DNA from: a virus
Lineage: Duplodnaviria > Caudoviricetes
Reading direction: 5' to 3' (one strand)
DNA length: 25,341 nt
Virus record (IMG/VR): IMGVR_UViG_3300025470_000078
Location: 1-25,341 of that record
The notes below the pieces were generated by a model that made no database searches, was not told where the DNA came from, and was given only the letters and a program-made list of their open reading frames with translations. The position numbers and the translations under genes are program-made. Shown here in pieces: positions 1 to 8,300 of this stretch (position 1 is its first letter; every line of letters begins with the position of its first letter).

Positions 1-165
1 CCCGGTAATTCCTCCGCTGCCAGCAGCGATAACGCCGGAACCTGCAACATTGACCCAAGAGCTGCTCAAACTCTTGTCTCCCTTACAGAACGAGGCGATT
101 CCGCCATCGAAAAACTGAACGCCTGCATAGCAGCTTATAACTCACTACTGGAGCCTAAACAATGA
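1..165 (+). CDS. Rz: Rz-like inner-membrane spanin, 3' part (5'-truncated by the window)
   Basis: Frame 1 is open from base 1 and reads PGNSSAASSDNAGTCNIDPRAAQTLVSLTERGDSAIEKLNACIAAYNSLLEPKQ*, resembling i-spanin C-termini (GD.AI..LNAC..Y). The stop overlaps the endolysin start (ATGA 162-165). Not in the ORF track. Confidence 0.75.
   Translation, partial: PGNSSAASSDNAGTCNIDPRAAQTLVSLTERGDSAIEKLNACIAAYNSLLEPKQ
2..118 (+). CDS. Rz1: Rz1-like outer-membrane spanin nested in the +1 frame of Rz (5'-truncated)
   Basis: Frame 2 reads PVIPPLPAAITPEPATLTQELLKLLSPLQNEAIPPSKN*: a Pro-rich segment then a short amphipathic helix, the lambda Rz1 pattern, fully embedded in Rz. The lipobox would lie outside the window. 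Confidence 0.6.
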   Translation, partial: PVIPPLPAAITPEPATLTQELLKLLSPLQNEAIPPSKN

Positions 166-599
166 ACTGGTTAGAAATCGCTACTGAAGAAATCAAACGC
201 CACGAGGGTTGCAAGCTGACTGCATACCCAGACCCCGGTACTGGCGCTGCTCCTTGGACTGTTGGTTACGGCGCTACTGGCCCGGAAATCCATCAAGGTA
301 CAGTTTGGACGCAAGAACAAGCTGACGCCGACTTAGCTAACCGCTTAAACATCTTGGGCGAGCATATTGACGCTGCCGTGCATGTTGAGATTAACGACAA
401 TCAAAAAGCAGCGCTGTGCTCATTTGCTTACAACGTCGGCATGGGCAATTTAAAGAGCAGCACCTTACTCCGCAAACTAAACGAAGGCGATTATGACGCC
501 GCTGCTGAACAGTTCAAGGAATGGACTAAAGCCGCTGGTCATGTGTTGCCCGGACTTGTTACACGTCGTGCAGAAGAGTCTAGCCTTTTCCTAGCGTAA
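162..599 (+). CDS. Endolysin, glycoside hydrolase family 24 phage lysozyme
   Basis: HEG...AYPD....WTVGYG catalytic E/D/T region, SFAYNVG, SSTLLRKLN and GLVTRRAEE motifs. No long N-terminal hydrophobic SAR segment. Confidence 0.95.
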   Translation: MNWLEIATEEIKRHEGCKLTAYPDPGTGAAPWTVGYGATGPEIHQGTVWTQEQADADLANRLNILGEHIDAAVHVEINDNQKAALCSFAYNVGMGNLKSSTLLRKLNEGDYDAAAEQFKEWTKAAGHVLPGLVTRRAEESSLFLA

Positions 600-618
600 T
601 AGCTAGAATGACGTAAAT

Positions 619-2619
619 ATGGCACTCATAAAGCTCCAGTTTAAGCCGGGTATCGATAAAGAAATCACGACGCTCGGTGGTAAGGGGGGCTGGTTTGCGT
701 GCAACAACGTGCGCTTTCGCTCTGGCGTGGCCGAAAAAATTGGTGGCTGGACGGTTGACAACGGCGTAACTAGTTCCGCTCTGAAGCCTACTACAGGCAA
801 CTTCTGGGGGCTTGCTAAATCTTTGTTTAGCTGGGCAAGCCTTGCGGGGTTTAACCTGATGGGTATTGGTACTAACGTCAAGTACTACATCCAGAACGGT
901 AACGGCGGTAACTTCTACGACGTAACGCCTATTACTACGACCACTTCGGCAGGGGCAATTACTTTCTCTGCAACCAACGGCTCTACGACCCTGACGGTTA
1001 ACTCTTCTACTTCGCTGACGGTTACAGCGATGACGTTTGTGACTTTCAGTGGTGCAGCCAGTCTGGGCGGCAACGTAACCGCAACCATCCTCAACGCTGA
1101 GTTCCAGATTACCAAAGTCGTTAGTAATACGCAGTTCCAAGTGGTTATGTCGGTCGCTGCCAATTCCAGCGATACAGGTACAGGCGGTGCTTCAACGGTT
1201 GGGGCTTTCCAATTAAACGCTGGGCCCACTCAGTATTCAGTCGGCGTGGGTTGGGGCGCTGGTGGTTGGGGCGGTAGCACTCCGGGCTTTGCGGCTACTG
1301 GCTGGGGTCAGTCTACTGGCGGCTATCAACTGCGTTTGTGGAGCCAGTCTAACTACGGTGAAAACTTGGTCATGAACCCCCGTGGCGGGGCTCTGTACTA
1401 TTGGGTGACTTCTTCGTCGCCCTCAAGCTTTTACCGTGCGCAGATTCTTTCCCCAAGCAACACCAACTATTTCAATGGGGATGCAGGAAACGCGCAGTAT
1501 TGGAAGACAGACAGCTACTGCCCAACGATCGCCAACTTTGTGCTGGTGTCGGATCAGTCTCGGTTTGTGATTGCGTTTGGCACAGATAACAACGGCAACG
1601 GCACGCAAGACCCGATGCTGGTCTCTTGGTCAGACCAGTCTGACATCTTGACATGGACCCCCCAAGTGGGTAACCAAGCTGGTAACTACCGTCTTTCTCA
1701 AGGCTCCTCAATCATTACAGCAGTTCAAGCCCGTCAAGAAATTTTGGTGTGGTCAGATACGTCGCTGTATTCCATGCAGTATCTTGGGCCTCCGTATGTT
1801 TGGGGCTTCCAAATCATGGGCTCAAACGTGTCCATCATTTCGCCTAATGCGCGGGTGGTGGCAAACAACAACGTCTACTGGATGGGCGTTGACAAGTTCT
1901 ACATGTATAACGGTACGGTCCAAACCCTGCCGAGTAGCTTGCGTAAATATGTTTTTGAGAACATCAACATGCAGCAGGCATTCCAAGTCTTTGCTGGCTC
2001 CAACGAGGGCTTCAGTGAAGTTTGGTGGTACTACTGTTCAGCCAGCTCAAACACCATCGACAGCTATGTGATCTACAACTATGTGGATAACACTTGGGCC
2101 TACGGCTCGATGGCGCGTACGGCTTGGACATACAGCCCCCTGCGCGGCCTGCCAGTGGCAACGGGATATAGCAACGGCGGCACAACCAGCGGCAATTTGA
2201 TTTACCACGAGTCTGGAGTGGATGATGGCACAACTAACCCCGCTTCTCCTATCAATGCTTACATCCAATCATCCGACTTCGATATTGGTGATGGTGACAA
2301 GTATGGCTTTGCTTGGCGGATGATTCCTGACGTGTCGTTTGACGGCTCAAATGTTGCTAATCCGTCTATGTATATGACGTTGATGCCCCGCCAAAACCCC
2401 GGTGCGGCCTATAGTGCAACGATATACCCAACCGTACAGAGTACGCAAACATACTCCAATTCAACACCTTTTTACGGCACTCAGCAGTTCACCCAACAAA
2501 TTAATGTTCGGGTGCGCGGTCGCCAGATTGCAGCAGTGTTCGGTTCCAACACGCTGGGCACACAGTGGCAGGTTGGTATTCCTCGAATGGACGTGCGTCC
2601 TGATGGTCGGAGGGCATAA
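619..2619 (+). CDS. Virion tail hub / tail tubular (P22 gp10-like, beta-propeller-type) protein
   Basis: 666 aa, beta-rich. Motifs NVRFR.G..EKIGGW, DPMLVSWSDQ, VYWMG.DKFYMY.G, EVWWYY, YVIYNY...W, RVRGRQ and C-terminal R.DVRPDGRR. Position precedes the ejection genes. Confidence 0.65.
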   Translation: MALIKLQFKPGIDKEITTLGGKGGWFACNNVRFRSGVAEKIGGWTVDNGVTSSALKPTTGNFWGLAKSLFSWASLAGFNLMGIGTNVKYYIQNGNGGNFYDVTPITTTTSAGAITFSATNGSTTLTVNSSTSLTVTAMTFVTFSGAASLGGNVTATILNAEFQITKVVSNTQFQVVMSVAANSSDTGTGGASTVGAFQLNAGPTQYSVGVGWGAGGWGGSTPGFAATGWGQSTGGYQLRLWSQSNYGENLVMNPRGGALYYWVTSSSPSSFYRAQILSPSNTNYFNGDAGNAQYWKTDSYCPTIANFVLVSDQSRFVIAFGTDNNGNGTQDPMLVSWSDQSDILTWTPQVGNQAGNYRLSQGSSIITAVQARQEILVWSDTSLYSMQYLGPPYVWGFQIMGSNVSIISPNARVVANNNVYWMGVDKFYMYNGTVQTLPSSLRKYVFENINMQQAFQVFAGSNEGFSEVWWYYCSASSNTIDSYVIYNYVDNTWAYGSMARTAWTYSPLRGLPVATGYSNGGTTSGNLIYHESGVDDGTTNPASPINAYIQSSDFDIGDGDKYGFAWRMIPDVSFDGSNVANPSMYMTLMPRQNPGAAYSATIYPTVQSTQTYSNSTPFYGTQQFTQQINVRVRGRQIAAVFGSNTLGTQWQVGIPRMDVRPDGRRA

Positions 2620-2933
2620 TGGCAAATGCAAACGTAGTACAGCCGCGCTTACAAAGTGCGCCGCAAGAATATGACCAAGTATGGATGAATAACTTGGTTA
2701 GCCAGTTGCGTCTGTACTTCACTCAGATTGATAATGCGGGTCCTATGGTGGCTTCGTCGTCAAATATCGGGACTACCAGCGTTAAGTCTGGCTTGACTTT
2801 CTCCCATCCGGATCCGACTAACCCAAATAAATTTGTTTCCAGCTTGCCAACACAAGCGGATTTGTCTAACCTACGCAGTGGCGATGTTTACTATGATACT
2901 TCCGCCAACAACGTATTGAAAATTAAACCGTAA
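2619..2933 (+). CDS. Small virion protein, possible tail needle/plug (gp26 position)
   Basis: TAATG-coupled to the hub gene. N-terminal helix (EYDQ.WMNNLVSQLRLYF) and C-terminal GDVYYD motif typical of short trimeric tail appendages. Function inferred from position. Confidence 0.45.
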   Translation: MANANVVQPRLQSAPQEYDQVWMNNLVSQLRLYFTQIDNAGPMVASSSNIGTTSVKSGLTFSHPDPTNPNKFVSSLPTQADLSNLRSGDVYYDTSANNVLKIKP

Positions 2934-2943
2934 AGGAACTATC

Positions 2944-4149
2944 ATGGACGGCGGAATTGGTGAAATGGCGCTATTAGACGCCGCTATTGGTGGTGCGGAA
3001 ACCGGCGCTGTCGTTGGTGGTGGTACATCGTTGTTAACTGGTAAAGATCCTTTGAAGGGTGCGATGTACGGCGCACTCGGTGGGGCGCTTACTGGCGGGG
3101 TAATGAACGGTATGGGCGGTGCTGCTGGAGCTGGCGGTGCTGGGGCTGGTGGTACTTCAGGAGTTGCTGGAGATTTAACTAGCGCTATTCCAAATAATAT
3201 TGGTGCGTCTAACACTTTGGCTGCAACTCAAAACATGGGAAACATGTTAGGCAGTTCAAACAGTGGTTTAATGGATATTGGTAATAGCGGGCTTACCCCT
3301 AACCCAAGTCAAGGTATGTTTGGCGTAAACCCTAGTTCTGGTATGAGCATGGCAAACCCAGATACGTTTAGTCTGGCTTCTAGTAATACGGGCGGTCTTG
3401 GTATGAACCCATCACTGGGCAGTAACCTGTCTGGCCCCGGTGTAGATTTGTCTAATACCTATGGCGCTTCCGGTTTTGGTAATAGTGGCGCACTGGGTGC
3501 AAACTCCGCAGTGTCTTCTATCGGTAATGTTGCTCCTTCTAGTGGCAACTTGTTCTCGCAACTTGGGGATCAGTTTAGCGGGCTGTCCACTAACCAGAAG
3601 TTGATGCTTGGTGGCGGTGCAGGTCTTGGCGCTTTGATGCTGGCCGATAGACGCCGTTATGGTGTTCCTAAAGCTCCCAACCTATCTGGGCCTTTGAGCA
3701 AATTTGGTTATGACCCATCTACCTATAGACCTAGCCTGCCCTATGCGCAAGGTGGTATTGCTGGGTTAGCAGGTGGTGGTATGCCCCACGGACAGTCGCG
3801 TAGCGGCGCATTACGCAGTACACTTGGCATGTTGCATGGTGTTGAGCATTTGTCTGAATTCTCTAGGGGTGGCTCGCTTGGTGGCTATTCTGATGGCGGT
3901 CAGATGCTCAAAGGTCCCGGCGACGGTATGAGCGACAGCATCCCTGCACATATTGACGGTAAACAACCAGCACGCCTTGCGGATGGTGAGTTTGTTATCC
4001 CCGCTGATGTGGTCTCTCACTTGGGCAATGGGTCAACTGATGCAGGTGCAAAACACTTGTACGACATGATGAGCAAGGTGCGCAAAGCCCGTACGGGTAA
4101 CCCCAAGCAGGGTAAACAGATCAACGCAAGTAAGTACTTGCCTAAATAA
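2944..4149 (+). CDS. Gly-rich internal virion/DNA-transfer-like protein with C-terminal GPG..SDSIPA..L.DGEFV module
   Basis: RBS AAAGGAA before the ATG. N-terminal glycine-zipper hydrophobic segments, Ser/Gly/Asn-rich middle, and C-terminal YSDGG..GPGDGMSDSIPA..RLADGEFVIPADVV. Confidence 0.6.
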   Translation: MDGGIGEMALLDAAIGGAETGAVVGGGTSLLTGKDPLKGAMYGALGGALTGGVMNGMGGAAGAGGAGAGGTSGVAGDLTSAIPNNIGASNTLAATQNMGNMLGSSNSGLMDIGNSGLTPNPSQGMFGVNPSSGMSMANPDTFSLASSNTGGLGMNPSLGSNLSGPGVDLSNTYGASGFGNSGALGANSAVSSIGNVAPSSGNLFSQLGDQFSGLSTNQKLMLGGGAGLGALMLADRRRYGVPKAPNLSGPLSKFGYDPSTYRPSLPYAQGGIAGLAGGGMPHGQSRSGALRSTLGMLHGVEHLSEFSRGGSLGGYSDGGQMLKGPGDGMSDSIPAHIDGKQPARLADGEFVIPADVVSHLGNGSTDAGAKHLYDMMSKVRKARTGNPKQGKQINASKYLPK

Positions 4150-4160
4150 AGGGGAATATC

Positions 4161-4904
4161 ATGGCTGGTGGAGGAATGCAACCCGGGGGTTCTTCGGGAA
4201 CTACACAATCAAACGGCTTCTCGCAAGCAAACCAAACACCCCCTTCCGGGTATCGCCCCAGTTCGCCTACGCAGCAGTTTTACCAACCTATATACCAACA
4301 GCAGTATCAGAACTACAACCAAACTGATCCTTATGCAGTTAGCCAATACGGTCAAGGCATGAGGGGTTTTGGTGGTATGGCTGGCTACGGCGGTATGGGC
4401 GGCTACGGCGGTGGTATGGGTGGCGGCGGTGGGGGTTATGGTGGCGGCTTTGGCGGTGGCTATGGTGGTGGCTATGGCGGCTATGGTGGTTACGGTAACT
4501 ATGGCCTCCCACAACTGCAAAGCCCTTTCTCTAATAACTACGGCAACTATGGTGGCACTGGGTTCGGTGGCTATGGTGGCGGCTACGGCGGTGGTATGGG
4601 TGGCGGCGGCTTTGGTGGCGGCTACAACGGTAATAGTGGGTTTATGGGCGGTTTGTCTAACATACATGGTGCGTTACAACAACCTCCGCAACAACCTCCG
4701 CAACAACAAATATACGGTGCGCCTCAACAACCGCCACAACAAGCTCAAAGTTGGGCAATATCTGCACCGTCACAACAACCCTTAGATCCAAATTACAACG
4801 CGGTTATTGGTTCATCACAATTGGCCGACCAAGTTATGCCTGCGCCACCAGTCCCTTCAAATACTGGCTATGGCAGGGGGTTCGCTAATATCATGGCAGA
4901 ATAA
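4161..4904 (+). CDS. Low-complexity Gly/Tyr/Gln/Pro-rich hypothetical protein
   Basis: RBS AAAGGGGA. Fills the gap between flanking genes (11 and 3 bp spacing). GGYGG and QQPP repeats, no Lys or Cys. Confidence 0.7.
   Translation: MAGGGMQPGGSSGTTQSNGFSQANQTPPSGYRPSSPTQQFYQPIYQQQYQNYNQTDPYAVSQYGQGMRGFGGMAGYGGMGGYGGGMGGGGGGYGGGFGGGYGGGYGGYGGYGNYGLPQLQSPFSNNYGNYGGTGFGGYGGGYGGGMGGGGFGGGYNGNSGFMGGLSNIHGALQQPPQQPPQQQIYGAPQQPPQQAQSWAISAPSQQPLDPNYNAVIGSSQLADQVMPAPPVPSNTGYGRGFANIMAE
4398..4609 (+). repeat. 32-bp exact direct repeat (4398-4429 and 4578-4609) within the GGYGG tract
   Basis: GGCGGCTACGGCGGTGGTATGGGTGGCGGCGG occurs twice, 180 bp apart and in frame. Confidence 0.9.
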
Positions 4905-4907
4905 AAA

Positions 4908-5339
4908 ATGAACCTGCAAGTTCGCCCTGTTGACACTAACTACGTCCAACAAGTTTGGCCAATGGTTAAACCTTTCATTGATGAAGCAATGCAAAAAGGT
5001 GGGGAATTCCCCGATTGGGCTGCTGGCTATACCGCCGACCATATCCAAATGTTCTTGACTTCGGGGCAATGGCTATTGGTTGTGGTTGCAGATGAAGCGG
5101 GTGCGATACATGGTGCTGCGACTGTATCGTTCATTAATTACCCACTGCATAGGGTAGCGTTTGTCACTGCGATTGGCGGCAAACTTATTTCTAGCGAAGA
5201 TACATTTACGCAGTTTTCTAATTTGTTAAAAACGCGAGGCGCGACTAAAATCCAAGGTTACGGCAGGCCAGCAATTGTGCGCCTTTGGAAACGGTATAAG
5301 TTTGAACCCCGTAACACCTTGGTGGAAGTTTTACTATGA
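4908..5339 (+). CDS. GNAT-fold acyltransferase-like virion assembly protein (P22 gp14 / T7 gp13 position)
   Basis: 143 aa alpha/beta pattern (QWLLVV...IHGAATVSF..YP..RVAFVTAIGGK...GATKIQGYGR...RLWKRYKF) consistent with phage GNAT-like proteins. ATGA-coupled to the downstream DNA-transfer gene. Confidence 0.55.
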   Translation: MNLQVRPVDTNYVQQVWPMVKPFIDEAMQKGGEFPDWAAGYTADHIQMFLTSGQWLLVVVADEAGAIHGAATVSFINYPLHRVAFVTAIGGKLISSEDTFTQFSNLLKTRGATKIQGYGRPAIVRLWKRYKFEPRNTLVEVLL

Positions 5340-8300
5340 CTAATTACTCTCGTCGGCAACTTGAAGCTTTTGGTGAAACGCTGGGCGAGAGCGTCACTCG
5401 TTTAAAACCCGGTGGCCGTATTTATGGTGGCGGTGGCGGCGGTGGTGGGCAACCCACGTCCCAAACTATTACAACTTCGAACATCCCTGCATATCTTGCA
5501 CCACAAGTGCAGGCTTTGATTGGCGGCGCTACCCAACAGATTTTCCAAACAACCCCCGGGCAAGTGCCTGTATTGGACTCAAACGGCAACCCCGTTATGA
5601 ATTCCGATGGCACTCCGCAGATGCAAGCGGGGAACAACATTACTGGGGTAAACCCCTATACCCCTTATAGCGCAAATCCGTCGGATTACGTTGCTGGCTT
5701 TAGCCCCTTACAGCAACAAGTTCAAGCAAACGCTGCCAACATGATGATGCCCGGGCAGTACAACGACGCAAGCAATATGGCTTTGCAGTCGGGTGTGCAA
5801 GGTATGGGTACTGCTGGTAGCGCTATGGGCTACGGTGGTATGGGCGCTGGCTACGGCGCTCAAGGTGCGAATATCGGCACTCAAGGCGGTGGTTACTATG
5901 GTGCTCAAGGCGCAGGTTATGGCAACTTAGGCGCAAACATTGGGCAGCAAGCTATTGGGTATGGGCAGAACGTAACTAACCAAGCGGGCAACGCTGCTTA
6001 TGGATACGGGGCGCAAGGCGCAAATATTGGTGCGCAAGCTCAGAACTACGGCCAGAATGTAGCTAATCAAGCGGGCAATGCAGCCTATGGGTATGGTCAG
6101 CAAGGTACAAACCTTGGACTGGCTGCTACAAACTATGGACAAAACGCAGCTAATCAGTTGTCGAATAGCGCGTATGACATTACGGGCCAAGCGCAGAATT
6201 TAGCAAACACAGCGCAAAACTATGGCGAGGGTGTGGCTAACCAAGCTGGTAACGCCGCATACGGTTATGGCAATCAAGCTGCACAAGCTGGTCAATTGGG
6301 ACAAGATATTGCTACCCAAGGCGGCGCTGGCTACGGTGGTATGGGCGCTGGGTATGGTGCTCAAGGTGCACAGTTCGGCGCTCAGGGTGCAAACATTGGT
6401 GACCAAGCTGCGGGTATTGCTGGCTTGGCGCAAAACTTTGGTCAAGGCGTAGCTAATCAGGCAGGTAATGCAGCCTACGGATACGGTGCTCAAGCACAAC
6501 AATCTGGCTTAGCAGGTCAAAATCTTGCCGGTATACAAGGGGCCCTGTACGGCGGTATGGGCGCTGGGATGGGTGCGTCGGCAGCAAATCTAGCTAACGC
6601 AGCTCAAGGGTATGGCGGCGCAGGTGCTAACTACGGTGCACAAGCTGCAAGCTTAGCGAACACCGCTTTGAACTATGGTCAAGGCGCTTCCAATATCGGT
6701 ATGCAGGCCCAGCAGCAGGCCCAAGGTCTTGGTCAGAACATCAGTGGTCAGTCTCAGGCTTTGGCGGCTCAACAGGCTGCTGCCGGTCAAAACTATGCTA
6801 ACCAAGCGACCAATCCTGGCGCGGTTAACGCGTACATGAATCCCTATTTGCAAGCTTCTTTGGCTCCGCAAATGGCGCTACTTGAGCAACAGCAAGGACA
6901 ACAACAGGCTGCTAACCAAGCGAAGCAAACTCAATCTGGGGCTTTTGGTGGCAGTCGTGCATCAGTGGAAGATGCGCTGCAAAATCAATCTAACCAGTTG
7001 GCTATGTCCAACCTTATTGGTCAAGGCTACAACAACGCCTACAACCAAGCAATCCAAAACATGCAATATGGGACCTCGGCAGGTCTGCAGGGTATGTCTG
7101 GTGCTCAATCAGGGCTTGCGGGTGCTGGACTTGGTGGCGGTCAGTTAGGTTTGTCTGGGGCTGGCACAGCTTTGCAAGGTCAACAAGGCGCATTGGCTGG
7201 AGTTGGTCAAGCAGGTTCTATGTATGGCCTCGGTATGCAGGGCACGCAATCCGGTATTGCTGGGCTTAACGCCGCCAATCAAGCGTACCAAACAGGTATT
7301 TCTGGGGCAAACACCGGACTGCAAGGTGTTGGTCAGCAGCTGGCTGGCACTGCTCAAGGTATCCTTGGGTCTCAAGCTGGGCTGCAAGGCGTCGGCCAAG
7401 CGGTCAACGCTGGTCAATTGGGTCTGTCTGGTTACAACACCGCAAACAACTTGTACCAAACCGGTATATCTGGGCAGCAAGCGGGTATGGCTGGCGCACA
7501 AACTGGTATTTCCGGTGCGGGCATGGGTTTGCAAGGCGTCAACACACAACTGGCGGGTACAGGCCAAAATATCACTGGTGCTCAGGCTGGTCTGCAAGGT
7601 GTGGGTCAAGCCGTCAACGCTGGTCAGTTGGGTATGTCCGGCATCAACGCGGCAAACAATGCGTATCAAACAGGCATTGCAGGTTTAGGTCAAGCCGGTA
7701 ACGCTGCACAGATCGGTCTGTCTGGGTACAACACTGGTCTTAGCGGTAACGCACAAGGCTTGCAAGGCGTTGGTCAGGCTCTCAATGCGGGCCAACTGGG
7801 TATGTCTGGTTACAACACCAACCTCTCGGGCAATGCTCAAGGTTTGCAAGGTGTTGGTCAGGCGCTCAACGCAGGTCAGCTCGGCATGTCCGGTTACAAC
7901 ACCGGGCTGCAAGGCGCACAAACTGGTATCTCGGGTGCTCAAGCAGGTCTGTCCGGAGTTGGTCAGCAATTGGCGGGCACTGCTCAAGGTATGCAAGGCG
8001 CTCAATCTGGTCTTGCTGGTGTCTCCGGCGCACAGAACGCTTACAACCTAGGCAACACCGCCGCGTCTAATTTGGCGAATATTGGCGGACAGCAACTGGG
8101 CGCTCAACAAAATATTCTGAACCTGCAAAACACTATTGGCGCTCAACAACAAGCCCAACAGCAGAATATTATTAACAACGCTATCAACAACTACTCGATG
8201 GCACAGCAGTATCCGCTGCAGCAGATGAACGCGTATAACGCGTTGTTGCGTGGGTATGCAATTCCCGGCCAGACTACAGCTCAATATCAAGCGGCTCCTA

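Noticed and set aside
4369-4785. Hydrophobic Val/Ala/Met-rich 138-aa ORF resembling a membrane protein
   Set aside because: It is the +1-frame read of GGY/GGC codons in the GGYGG gene and lacks an independent start signal.
4398-8029. Repeats considered as a CRISPR array or DGR template/variable pair, given the Cas4-like nuclease
   Set aside because: All repeats are in-frame coding repeats with no unique spacers and no adenine-specific variation. No reverse transcriptase or cas genes are present, and solo Cas4-like nucleases are common in phages.
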